A stretch of DNA of 64,000 bases. It comes from a virus. The notes beneath the pieces were generated by a model that worked only from the letters and a program-made list of their open reading frames with translations, ran no database searches and was not told the origin of the DNA. The stretch's first letter is position 1. Every line of letters starts with the position of its first letter. The DNA lies in the IMG/VR virus record IMGVR_UViG_3300042880_000288, positions 1 through 64,000 of that record; one strand, given 5' to 3'. The position numbers were made by a program, and so were the translations under genes. Positions 40,901 to 49,223 of the stretch are shown piece by piece.

Positions 40901-43900
40901 TCTTGCAAAGACTTTCATGTATAATTATTGGATTCATAGTGTTGAGACTCAGATATTATTCTTAGGTGACATATCTCAATATAATCATCTTAAAGAAGAA
41001 TTACATAAGAGAACTTCTGGTTTGATTTCAAATGGTCCAAGATTTAGGACTGATACTGCTGCTCAATTATTTATAAATAATAAAGCTTTATGGGCAAAAA
41101 GTACTTATGCATCTACTTTACCTGCTGAGTATCAAAACTTTGAATACAATGGTACATTTAATACCGCCATCATGGAGGATATTACTAGAGATAGTGAATA
41201 CTTAGATATAATTAAAAAAGGTCTTGAAAAAGATTATGCAAAAAGATATGCTTTACTTCCAACAGCAGAAGCTAAAAAACTTATAGAAGAAAGAGTAGCA
41301 AAAGAAATTGCTAAATATACGGCAGATGAAATCAAAGAAGGTGATGGTCAAGGTTATATTACTGTTGATGCATATAGAACATTAAAAAAATTACAAAACC
41401 GTTGGTCAGATCAGCAAGAAGTTCTATATCAAAAAGTAATTAAAGGAAGTGAGATTACACCAGCAGAATATATTGAACTTTTTCCTCCATATAAATTACA
41501 ATACTTTGGTCCATTAGTAGCACAAACAAAAGATTTTGCTAATGGTACAGTTTTACCAGTTACAGCTTTCCATAAGTTTGCCTTGGTACCTTTAATTCCA
41601 TCATGGGTAAAGGGTTCTGATCTTGAAGTATTGCATAAAGAAATGCTAAGGAATAACATTCAATATGCAACATTTGGTAGTGGATCTAAGGTAGGTGCAG
41701 TAACATCTGATGGTGAATTAGATAAAATTTATGAGCCCGGTTCAGATAATAAAAAATTAAAAAGTAAAATAAACTTTACTAAAAATACTATTAATGTTGA
41801 GTACTTAAAAGAAGTAACCAGTGTACCTAGTAAATTAAAAGGTAAAGTTATATTCTCAACTCAGTTAAGAAAATTAATTCTTGAAGGATTATTTATTAAA
41901 GGAGAACTTGTAAATGGTGCTAACAAAGATATAGTAGAAGGATACACTTCATTGGTTGACTCTTATACTAAATTATTAAAAGAAGAATTATTAACTGAAA
42001 TTGGTTATACAAAAGAGAATGGAGTATATGTTGGTAAGCCTGCTAAATTATTAAAATTAATCAAAGACAATTTAGCTAAAAAAGATTACCCAAGTCACCT
42101 TCTTGATGCATTAAAAACAAATCCTGATGGTTCACTTAAGTATGACTTATCAAATTTTATTGATGCTCAAACTATAGAAAGAACTGTATTATCAATTGCT
42201 GAAAATAGATTTGTTAAACAAAAACTAAAAGGAGAAGCTTTAGTTCAAGTAGCAAGTTCCATGACAAATGGTTTATGGACTGCAGGAAATAAATTTAAAG
42301 CAGGATCTAAGGAAGATGTATTAAAGTATATGGGTACTAATAATCTACCTTTCTATTATCCTGGTGAGGATGGTAAAACAAATGCAATGAAAGTTGCTAT
42401 TGCTTTACAAGGAGACTTCTTCAATTTATTAAACTTAAATGACTTAGATGGTCAACCAATTAAGACAAGAGAAAGACTTAATGAACTGATCAAACAAGAT
42501 GAATGGTTAAATAAAGATAACAACCGTAAAGCTATTACCATGACTGCTGTTAGGATTCCTGTACAAGGACTTAACTCTATGGAGTTTATGGAAGTTTGGG
42601 AGTTCTTGGATCCTTCTGCAAGTAATATTATTATTCCTCCTACAGAACTAGTAGCAAAATCAGGGGGTGATTATGACGTTGATAAGCTTACTACATTCAT
42701 GCCTAACATAGATAAAGATGGTAATGTTTATACTTCAGATAAAAATGCAAAAGCTTTACTTGATTCTATTAATGAAGCAGACAGTAAAGATAAAATGGCC
42801 TTAATCAAGCAAGCTAAAAAAGTAATGGAAAATGACTTGATCACTAGTATCAGATCTATTCTTGAATTACCAGAAAATTATGCAACTCTTGTAAGACCAA
42901 ATGATACTTACATGCTTAAAGATATTGCTGATGAATTAGCTGATGTTGTAGTTGATTATGATAAATTCCAAACAGTAAATAGAAAATTCAAAGAATATAG
43001 AATTGTAAAAGGTAAAAAAGCAATTAGTCCTACTACTACATTAGAACCTTTATATAATATTGATAAGTTTAATGGTAACATGATTGGTAAAGCAGTACTT
43101 GGTATTGGTGCCAATGAGAATGCTTTTAGTCCTTTATTAAATTCTATTGGTGCTAAAATGCCATTGACTTATCAGGAAAGTGAATTTGATCCAAAAATCA
43201 ATAAGTATAAAGATATAAAGGATGGTGAAACTTATAGAACAAGATTACTATTACGTCATAATAAAAATGCTGATGGTACAATTTCATTAGCAGATGTAAA
43301 CTCTGTTGATGCTGTAAATAAAATAGCTGACTTGTTTTCACAAGGTATGAATGGATGGGTTGACGTTGAAAAAGATCAGTGGATCTTTTATATTCAAGGT
43401 AACTTAGAAATATCTCCTGTATTACTGTATTTATTAAAAGCTGGTGTACCTGTGAGAGATGCTGTTATGTTTGTGTCTACTCCTCTTATTAGAGAGTATG
43501 CAAATAAACAAAGACTATTGAAAAGTCCATATGCAACTCTAATGGGTATTGCACCTACTGAACCTCAGTTTGCTCAATATAATGCAGCTAATGAAGTATT
43601 AAGTCCTGCTATAGATGCTTACTTGAAAAGAACTATTGATAAAGCTGTATTCTCAGGTTATAGTTTTGATACTGCATCAATAGCTTACTATGGTTTAGGT
43701 CCTAATGGTAGAAAACAATTAATGACTCAAGAGTTCAAAGGAACTGATGATCAAGTGATTAAAGATCAAATTAATGACTTCTTACAATATGTTGATTCAA
43801 ATGATGTCATGAGAATCAATTTTTATCAGCAAGCAGATAGAAGACAAAATAATAAAGTATACAGTAAACCAAGAGTTTCAAATAAAGAAATTTACAATTC

Positions 43901-46900
43901 AGCTGTACAATTAAGTGATAATAATTTAGATAGCTTTGGTAATTTTGATAAAGCTAAAATTGAACAATTAGTTAAGTCTAAAAATGATACTGATAAATAT
44001 TCTGATTTTTCAATGGCTGCATTCTTGCATTTTATTGAGATTGAAAAATATTTAAAGGGTCTAGGTAATGTAAAAAGATTATCTAAACCAGATACTCAAA
44101 CATTTAAAACTATACAAGAGGTTTTATTAAGAGATCTAAATATTGCATACTTAAATGATTACAGTAAAGTTGATAAAACTACTTTTGATAGATTAAGAAA
44201 TGACAGCATTCTTGCTGCTCTTGCAGATAAAGATATAATAACTCAAGTAATAAGTCCATTGTTTTCATTAAGAAATAGCAAGCAAGTATTAGATCAGATT
44301 GTTTCTACTATCAATACTAAAACAGAAGCTCTCAAAGAAAGATATGGTGGTCTTGGAGCAGACAACATTAGTAGGTTTATTGAAGAGTATAAAAATGCCA
44401 TCAATACATTTATACTACAAAACTTCTTAAGTAACAATATAAACTCTAATGGAGAGATTGTTTTAGTGCCGGATACTTACAAAGGTTTTGAAGTTGTTAC
44501 TAATGAAAATCTTGAAACAGATGTTGAAGTAACTGAGAAGGATGGTAAGAAACTTATTAGAGTTAATCCAAAAAGAATTGAAGCTGACTTTAAAAATAAA
44601 AACTACTTAGTAACCAGTAGCTCTAACAACTCTTACAAGTCAAGAGGCCTTGAAGCATTCCAAGTTGGTGATGATGTATTTGAATCTAAGTCAAGTTACT
44701 ATAGATATGTTATAGAAAGAGAGTATTTAAAAAATAAAGGATTTACTAAAGAAGAACTTAACAGTATTGCTTTATTGAATACTTATAATCCATCTGTAAT
44801 ATTGAGAAGAGGTACATATTCTTTTACAGATCAGTTATTAGAATCTATTCAACAGTTTCCAGAACTTTCTAAATATCCTGTAGTAAACCAATTAAGTTTA
44901 TATGCTTTTTCTAATGAATTTAATGTATTAACTTTAAATGATAAAGGTTTACTTGATGGTGCTCAAGCTGATATATATGCTCAGAATATTAGAGAACTAG
45001 CTAATCCAAAAATCCAAAAGATTGCAAACACTAAGGATAATGAAAAAATAAGTAGATTATTTTACATGCTTCAATTAATGGCAACTTACCAACATGGTTC
45101 AGGTCCTTCAATTGATGGCTTTAATGAAATACTACCTCAAGATTCATACTTAAGTGTTATGAATAATGCTAGTCCTTTATTCACTAAATACTATTTTAAT
45201 GAAGATACTCTTGAATATATTGTTGATGTTCTTACAGCAGATAAATTAAGAATTAAGAACTATACAAGCATGCCAACAAGTAATAATACATTTGTTATTG
45301 AGGCTAAAGCTGAAGGTGCTCAACCATCTATTAAACCAACAACTCCTACTTTAACTGTAAATGATCCTAAAGATTTTACAAATCATTCGGGTGGTGCTGC
45401 TTTATCTGATACTGAATGGGATCAAATAGGTAGAGAGTTTGGGGTAACTAATCATAAACATTATAGAGAGCCTTTAGATTATGTAGATACAAAAGGTGAA
45501 GCTGCTAAAGGAAGTAAAACATTAGATTCTAAAAAATTACAAGCAGCTGGTATTGAACCTACTCATATTAGTCAAAAAGACTATAATGAAGGTGCACAAA
45601 AAGCTACAAAAGCTTTTAGAATGATGTATACTGATTCTGAAAATAAATCAGTAAGAAGTGCCTATATTATTCGTAACTGGTTACAAGTTAAAAATGCTGA
45701 TGCCATATTTGCATTAGGTACTATAAAACAACCTGGTGAAAATGCATCTGATAAAGCTGGTGAAACAAGAATAGCTGCTGTCCCTATTGTTAAAGGTGGT
45801 ACAGGATATGCTGTTCAAATGGCTATTAATGAAGGTAAACCTGTTTATGTATTTGATGGTACTAAAGAAGGATGGTATAAGTATGATTATTCAATTAAAA
45901 ATTTTGTAAAAACTGATACACCAACTCTTACTAAAAACTTTGCAGGTATAGGAAGTAGAACACTAAGTACAAAAGAAGTAATAGACAAATCATTACAAGC
46001 CATCAGAGATGTATATACTCAAACATTTGGGGCTAAACAAAAATCAGATGGTACAACAGTTAAATACAAGTACTATGGTGCTATGTATGATATTGTTGTA
46101 GAGAATGGACTTGGTATAGATGTATTAAACTATAAAGGGAAACCGGCTAAAAAAGCAATTTTATTAGCTTACTTTAATCAAAATCCAAATATAGATCCTC
46201 AAAGTACTGGACCTGATCCAATAGTTTTAAGTGATGAAGAAATAAATAATGATGATACAGGTAACTCAGATCCAACAACAGGTAATACATTTACTTTTGC
46301 TGATGGTTATGAGATTGAAACTCCTTTTAAATTAAACAAAGAACAAGAGGCAGCTCTGTTAAAACTTGAAGAATTCTATAATGATCCTAAAAAATTCAAT
46401 AATGAAATTACATTGATTGGATATGCAGGAACTGGTAAAACTTCAATCATGGCTCTCTTTGATAAATGGTTGAATAAAGGATGGTTTGGACCTAATATAG
46501 TATATACTGCACCAACTCATAGAGCAAATGCTGTTACTAAACTTAAGAATCCTAAAATTAAAGTATTAACTCTCCATTCCTTATTTGGATTTGGTCCTGA
46601 AGTAGACTTTGAAGGAATGGATTATGACGTAAGAGATTTACAATTTGCTAATAATAGAAATGGAAAAATTGATAAAGGTCAAATACTTATTGTAGATGAA
46701 TCTTCTATGATTACTGATGAATTATATGATTTCTTAGGTCAGCAAAAAGATAAGTATGATCTTAAAGTTATATACATGGGTGATCCAGGACAGTTAGGTC
46801 CTGTGCAAAATAAAGGAGGCTTGACATCAAAAGTATTTTCTAATCCCACATCTAGTATTACTTTAACTAAAGTAGAAAGAACAGGAGATAATCCTATACT

Positions 46901-49214
46901 AAAAGAATCAACTGCACTAAGATCTGGAGGTTCTTTATCATATCAGTCTGCAGAAATTAATGGAAAAGGTGTTGAATATATAAATAGTACAGCTAGAGAA
47001 AATCAAATACTTGCTGAAAATCTTAATGAAATGAGAGACTCAGAAAACTATTTGTATTTTAGAATGTTAGCTGCAACAAATCCTGAAGTAGCTAGATTAA
47101 ATAAAGTAGCGAGAGAAATATTATATCCTCAAACCTATCAAGAACAATTAGTAGTTGGTGAAATTCTTATGGGGTATGATAATTTTGGTAGAGATTATAA
47201 AACAGGCCAGTCTTTATTATATAACTCTGGAGATTATATGATTACTCAACTTAAGAAAGATAATAAAGAAGTCTATATAACTAATTATGAAAAACAAGGA
47301 GACAAATTTGTAAATATCGGTTTTGAAGAATTGAATTTTACTGGATACAATGTAACTCTTAAAAATCTATTGGATCCAGAAGCAAAACCATTTGAAGTCT
47401 TTATACCAGATATTGTAGGTAATGATGATGCATCTACTAAACTTGCAGATTCTATTCATAAGTTAAACTATATGGGTAAGATTGCTGGTTATGGACAAGA
47501 TAAAGCTAAATATTTTGAAGCAGCTTCTAATTTATCTAAACAAGTATTATTTATGAATGACGTAAAAGGTTTAACTGATAAGTCTAAAATTAAAAAAGCA
47601 ATAGACTATGGTTATGCTCATACAATTCATAAATCTCAAGGTGGTACTTATACTAAAGTATTTATAAATGATCCTAGTATAACAGGATTAGTAGGATATA
47701 TTAAAGATAGAAGAAGACTTACCGATGATCAAGCACAAACTGTTGAAAGACAATTAAAGTATGTTGCTGTATCAAGAGCTACTGACTATGTATATATTTC
47801 AACTAATAGAAGTGCTGCAGGAAAACCTACTAGTTTTGATGATCCGGCCTCTGGAGATTTTGATACTGTAGGAACATTTAATATCAATGATTTAAATCCA
47901 CCATCTAATCCACCAATATCAGGAGAAAGAAAACCTATTGAACCAATAAATGCTCAAGAAATTGAAGATGGTTTAATCTTACAAAAAGGTGTTCTTACTA
48001 AAGAAGAACAAAAACAATTCTTTCAATTTGGTAAAACAGTTCTAGAAAAGAATGGTTATAATCCTTTTGCACAATATGTTATGGCCTCTGCTGGTAAAAT
48101 GGAATGGAGTCCTGAATTTGTAGTTGATAAAAATGGAAAAGGTGTAGATAGACCAGGAAATTATAATACTGGAATCATTCAAATTAAGAAAAACCTAGGA
48201 GGAAGAGACAGTAAAGAAAAAAGATGGAATTATAATTACTACCTCACTAATTTTGATGGTACTACTATAGCTCCAATACCAAATAATATTATAAGTATAC
48301 TAGAAAAAGTTACAGGTCAAGATATGTCTGACTATGATACAGTTCTAATTAACTTATATCCATTAGGTAGAACACTTGGTTGGCATCAAGATATAACTGA
48401 AGATTATAGAAACATGGATAGAGATATTATATCTGTATCTATTGGAGCAGATGCTGATTTTACTTACAATAAAAGAGATAAATTAAGTTATGCTCCTGCA
48501 GCAGATAGTATTCCTGATGGTGTTGTTAATTTAAAGAGTGGGGATGTTATGAGTTTTGGTGGTAAATCTAGACTTGTTCAACATACTGTAACTAATGTAA
48601 CAGGTCAGACAGATTTAGGAACCATAAATCTTGCTAACTCTAATGTAAATAAATATTTTAATGGTGGTTTAAATTTATCTAACTGGAGAATGAACTTTAC
48701 ATTTAGAGTAGCTGATTCTAAAAATAATAATGGTAAAAGAGGATTAGTTTCTACAGTAATTCCAGGTATTAAAAAGTTTGAAGGACAAATGACCTATGCT
48801 TATGGTCAAAATAAAAGAGCTGGTGTAATAGCTAATACAACATTTGATGCCATATTAACGGGTGAAAGAACAGCTACTACAAGATATGAAACTTCAGATA
48901 ATATTGAATACTGGAAAAAAGCCAAAGTTGGAGATATTATTACATGGAAATCTGATGATGGCCGTACTGTAGATGTAGAAGTAACAAGACCACTACATAA
49001 ATTAGTGGGGTCAGGTAAAACACCAACTGATTGGAGCCAACTTGAAGGCTGGTCAATATCTTATTTTAATGAAAAGGTTAGACCTAAACTTGATAAAGCT
49101 TGGCAAATTGAGTTTAAATTACCTGCACCGCCTGCTGCTGAAACAGAAATTAATGATAACTTTATTGATCCTTTTGAAGATGATCAAGAAAATAATTGTG
49201 CATATCCTTTTTAA
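34995..49214 (+). CDS. Virion-packaged DNA-dependent RNA polymerase polyprotein (crAss-like, phi14:2 gp66 type) with zincin, SLOG, SF1B helicase, AlkB and ASCH domains
   Basis: RIPVQG (42552) and GGDYDVDKL (DYDVD 42669-42683) match the DFDID-type double-psi-beta-barrel catalytic motif; also DGQG at 41343. Further motifs: HEAWH 37818, GYAGTGKT 46419, IVDESSM about 46690, HKSQG about 47630, YVAVSRA about 47760, HQD 48384/H 48582/RMNFTFR 48687, GERTATTR about 48860. Confidence 0.85.
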   Translation: MKITCALSKEHLLKLAAVIYKDIESYQAENKAYDARVLMNQLYDKLNKAQGQEVALSYMQQMPFLVGQIAFKESTELIEDFAINDLFKLNKEFRNEDSGVQSLLNFFGKTIDASTLKLLADAELNNPVENDGPPIAEEPPIEKFTDKRLKVLVDNAISTTWEEFLEMDPNLKVDETIENVDPAKTTVYNTLDRLRKLTSGGTALDTIVMDDNKVKLRVWSLNAFPQDLLYQKTKDLKQRINTFQSGKAKDQGEVKPVTEQFMVVLTNEKGQILYFNEAGVVTPKENGGKPVYQMLRDVRLEKGGEYRVTDIYGREDMILGSAQTAQARVKQMGYKSIDMFEKSEGVKFSDFVNQIEEERQAKFKEYYDFRQSLIGMPANRQIFLPLVDVSNGVRNGRVRPGTMNINNLRSFTPEQAEAILQSITLLDTDYITEDRTLKANTSAVQINGEVFEVDRPDISTDLATKIAKVLTSKDLSITSKLDFVQQFLDNALDEDVRRHFIKYDADQKKLRFLYRTYINAQFKEIKKTNPKAANTWLEVDLTGGPAAEAKIIEVLLKGKGTLKKENNKIVLDKNGIPEVGRYYPAKIKYDKGLLQDGTYFDYIEDPNKPGEYMFSVGSYKTGLLPTMDAKIVLGKSKSIPLFNSYMIFAIPNAFSESIDQIKDENEIKGEPSEIRKKYNELVDILKNSPDQNPSLKATVTELGKITQTPTGNYRSIDITIEGQEGTFRLYRVVDTSAKVGDEISLILRDIEVQDGMGYPNTIVGVRDFEGRRYDFGFLQDSFRSKEYNEPSRQPVPLNTEAIEEAKEEEELDDITDTQSEVGESKDIPITPIEPGKGSIGRILDEDPGFVLDRKTWLSQSGITQEQLNNAKDWWENSSSGKLLNKYIELSVAADLVNSDVYAKFIAKGAWLLGYADYKLQPGKLGVIALNPRNGGNYVDVYHEAWHVFSQLFMTNEQRVKLYTEFRNSDPAYKDMSFFEIEERLAENFREYARNPKPVKSQPVRNTLFRKILNFLKQLFGKVSPKDIIDPNIMEIGMVNELFEALYFNNDNVLNKFSPSVDNLKWDELDRGVVVKTEEKNSKGKNIKVEVLNEQDGRALANTIDSVLSEIIDESSKFYNKKSGTVKILTDSYNKGLAYDKVRKKFIEDIKQWQKELLIKDAKFDTYTTLDQLDSNAFAVIRSKKGDHKYIFLRGQVESFKNLTADTKLGEREKGKLYKDNIEIVADYFEHDLIKDRKGRGASIIIVDSRQEAEDQFKNYIEIDPITNEQKAPSIQSIKFNEDRVAARLFTPEQQLKLDNIRIYETALKHWDSIIAHHENNSTFDIIKQKYILLEEDPSTNSSLDTTRANETRTGDKQIGEFTLQEMANKETVYILKSLFKKEKKGTGYVNVYDRFGNKQLADFRTVWNAVVRATNSAKDPQKIYDALVNAAKFSPELQQLIDYKLPLPNQVNQSSSEFDITTSFFTDFSRPKVPYIQLLAFDDGVEFSTEVTDAGIDVSKTLKIFEAKFRSDKNDSYIEKDNNISRLNLNAVLQNFRNKNSANLILDEDKAFKFLTSIGFYFDDLTAIKDELKDFNNRKYYYIPRIFETIKLVHEASLDPNLSKEGRELINKFRMSPLRVLRSGIPENVLGQKDSSLYKNGLSQKTIVDRLLTLQSKYGKTGSNFSVLNPERNRVNLHTDDNTATVIADAINQVSNKSDMWTKTQYRLLNSFNPAVNAFTNRSQIMKALFEPSNKRRTDRFLEIIMVAGTQLTLNDVFLSGTSTTSLDGQGKFLQDFHTFLKSGYLEFLRPGSKSSSFGFILRGGFPIDVKGMGKNKEQHLYADIDDFLTANNKETEVIERIILPYLAGELERINKFKENPKAKNYIGYNQKVTDSGKRAGEEYAIFEGILDDKTKSDLLEKINNSGIDLINYLKNDPDLKSSLIKQIKGYFTTRSTDVYNRLNEGKYVDPKLYNKVPGDLTKSEKEKVLAKTFMYNYWIHSVETQILFLGDISQYNHLKEELHKRTSGLISNGPRFRTDTAAQLFINNKALWAKSTYASTLPAEYQNFEYNGTFNTAIMEDITRDSEYLDIIKKGLEKDYAKRYALLPTAEAKKLIEERVAKEIAKYTADEIKEGDGQGYITVDAYRTLKKLQNRWSDQQEVLYQKVIKGSEITPAEYIELFPPYKLQYFGPLVAQTKDFANGTVLPVTAFHKFALVPLIPSWVKGSDLEVLHKEMLRNNIQYATFGSGSKVGAVTSDGELDKIYEPGSDNKKLKSKINFTKNTINVEYLKEVTSVPSKLKGKVIFSTQLRKLILEGLFIKGELVNGANKDIVEGYTSLVDSYTKLLKEELLTEIGYTKENGVYVGKPAKLLKLIKDNLAKKDYPSHLLDALKTNPDGSLKYDLSNFIDAQTIERTVLSIAENRFVKQKLKGEALVQVASSMTNGLWTAGNKFKAGSKEDVLKYMGTNNLPFYYPGEDGKTNAMKVAIALQGDFFNLLNLNDLDGQPIKTRERLNELIKQDEWLNKDNNRKAITMTAVRIPVQGLNSMEFMEVWEFLDPSASNIIIPPTELVAKSGGDYDVDKLTTFMPNIDKDGNVYTSDKNAKALLDSINEADSKDKMALIKQAKKVMENDLITSIRSILELPENYATLVRPNDTYMLKDIADELADVVVDYDKFQTVNRKFKEYRIVKGKKAISPTTTLEPLYNIDKFNGNMIGKAVLGIGANENAFSPLLNSIGAKMPLTYQESEFDPKINKYKDIKDGETYRTRLLLRHNKNADGTISLADVNSVDAVNKIADLFSQGMNGWVDVEKDQWIFYIQGNLEISPVLLYLLKAGVPVRDAVMFVSTPLIREYANKQRLLKSPYATLMGIAPTEPQFAQYNAANEVLSPAIDAYLKRTIDKAVFSGYSFDTASIAYYGLGPNGRKQLMTQEFKGTDDQVIKDQINDFLQYVDSNDVMRINFYQQADRRQNNKVYSKPRVSNKEIYNSAVQLSDNNLDSFGNFDKAKIEQLVKSKNDTDKYSDFSMAAFLHFIEIEKYLKGLGNVKRLSKPDTQTFKTIQEVLLRDLNIAYLNDYSKVDKTTFDRLRNDSILAALADKDIITQVISPLFSLRNSKQVLDQIVSTINTKTEALKERYGGLGADNISRFIEEYKNAINTFILQNFLSNNINSNGEIVLVPDTYKGFEVVTNENLETDVEVTEKDGKKLIRVNPKRIEADFKNKNYLVTSSSNNSYKSRGLEAFQVGDDVFESKSSYYRYVIEREYLKNKGFTKEELNSIALLNTYNPSVILRRGTYSFTDQLLESIQQFPELSKYPVVNQLSLYAFSNEFNVLTLNDKGLLDGAQADIYAQNIRELANPKIQKIANTKDNEKISRLFYMLQLMATYQHGSGPSIDGFNEILPQDSYLSVMNNASPLFTKYYFNEDTLEYIVDVLTADKLRIKNYTSMPTSNNTFVIEAKAEGAQPSIKPTTPTLTVNDPKDFTNHSGGAALSDTEWDQIGREFGVTNHKHYREPLDYVDTKGEAAKGSKTLDSKKLQAAGIEPTHISQKDYNEGAQKATKAFRMMYTDSENKSVRSAYIIRNWLQVKNADAIFALGTIKQPGENASDKAGETRIAAVPIVKGGTGYAVQMAINEGKPVYVFDGTKEGWYKYDYSIKNFVKTDTPTLTKNFAGIGSRTLSTKEVIDKSLQAIRDVYTQTFGAKQKSDGTTVKYKYYGAMYDIVVENGLGIDVLNYKGKPAKKAILLAYFNQNPNIDPQSTGPDPIVLSDEEINNDDTGNSDPTTGNTFTFADGYEIETPFKLNKEQEAALLKLEEFYNDPKKFNNEITLIGYAGTGKTSIMALFDKWLNKGWFGPNIVYTAPTHRANAVTKLKNPKIKVLTLHSLFGFGPEVDFEGMDYDVRDLQFANNRNGKIDKGQILIVDESSMITDELYDFLGQQKDKYDLKVIYMGDPGQLGPVQNKGGLTSKVFSNPTSSITLTKVERTGDNPILKESTALRSGGSLSYQSAEINGKGVEYINSTARENQILAENLNEMRDSENYLYFRMLAATNPEVARLNKVAREILYPQTYQEQLVVGEILMGYDNFGRDYKTGQSLLYNSGDYMITQLKKDNKEVYITNYEKQGDKFVNIGFEELNFTGYNVTLKNLLDPEAKPFEVFIPDIVGNDDASTKLADSIHKLNYMGKIAGYGQDKAKYFEAASNLSKQVLFMNDVKGLTDKSKIKKAIDYGYAHTIHKSQGGTYTKVFINDPSITGLVGYIKDRRRLTDDQAQTVERQLKYVAVSRATDYVYISTNRSAAGKPTSFDDPASGDFDTVGTFNINDLNPPSNPPISGERKPIEPINAQEIEDGLILQKGVLTKEEQKQFFQFGKTVLEKNGYNPFAQYVMASAGKMEWSPEFVVDKNGKGVDRPGNYNTGIIQIKKNLGGRDSKEKRWNYNYYLTNFDGTTIAPIPNNIISILEKVTGQDMSDYDTVLINLYPLGRTLGWHQDITEDYRNMDRDIISVSIGADADFTYNKRDKLSYAPAADSIPDGVVNLKSGDVMSFGGKSRLVQHTVTNVTGQTDLGTINLANSNVNKYFNGGLNLSNWRMNFTFRVADSKNNNGKRGLVSTVIPGIKKFEGQMTYAYGQNKRAGVIANTTFDAILTGERTATTRYETSDNIEYWKKAKVGDIITWKSDDGRTVDVEVTRPLHKLVGSGKTPTDWSQLEGWSISYFNEKVRPKLDKAWQIEFKLPAPPAAETEINDNFIDPFEDDQENNCAYPF
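37600..38060 (+). other. Zincin-like metallopeptidase domain within vRNAP polyprotein
   Basis: VYHEAWHVFSQLF followed by EERLAENFREY and LFRKILNFLKQLF, an HExxH...E pattern. Boundaries approximate. Confidence 0.7.
45375..46032 (+). other. SLOG (DprA/Smf/YpsA-like) domain within vRNAP polyprotein
   Basis: HSGGA..SD, RNWLQVKNADAIFALG, KGGTGYAVQMAINEGKPVYVFD and NFAGIGSR give the Gly-rich GGA/GGT Rossmannoid loops of the SLOG superfamily. Boundaries approximate. Confidence 0.6.
46326..47810 (+). other. RecD/Dda-like superfamily 1B helicase domain within vRNAP polyprotein
   Basis: Q motif LNKEQEAAL, Walker A GYAGTGKT, Ia APTHRA, II IVDESSM, III GDPGQLGPV, IV LTKVER, V YAHTIHKSQG, VI YVAVSRA, all in the canonical order. 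Confidence 0.9.
47964..48710 (+). other. AlkB-family 2OG-Fe(II) dioxygenase domain within vRNAP polyprotein
   Basis: LINLY....LGWHQD, IISVSIGADADF, LKSGDVMSFGGKSRLVQHTV and RMNFTFR supply HxD...H iron ligands and the RxxxxxR 2OG-binding motif. Confidence 0.85.
48774..49120 (+). other. ASCH (PUA-like) domain at the C-terminus of vRNAP polyprotein
   Basis: FDAILTGERTATTR...KVGDIITW...VDVEV...LEGW...WQIEF follows the ASCH pattern (GxKxxxxR, here GxR). Confidence 0.65.
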
Positions 49215-49223
49215 TTAAATAAA

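Noticed and set aside
46608-46630. Second DYDV string (GMDYDVRD) as another RNAP active site
   Set aside because: It lies between helicase motifs Ib and II and lacks the third Asp and the RxP context.
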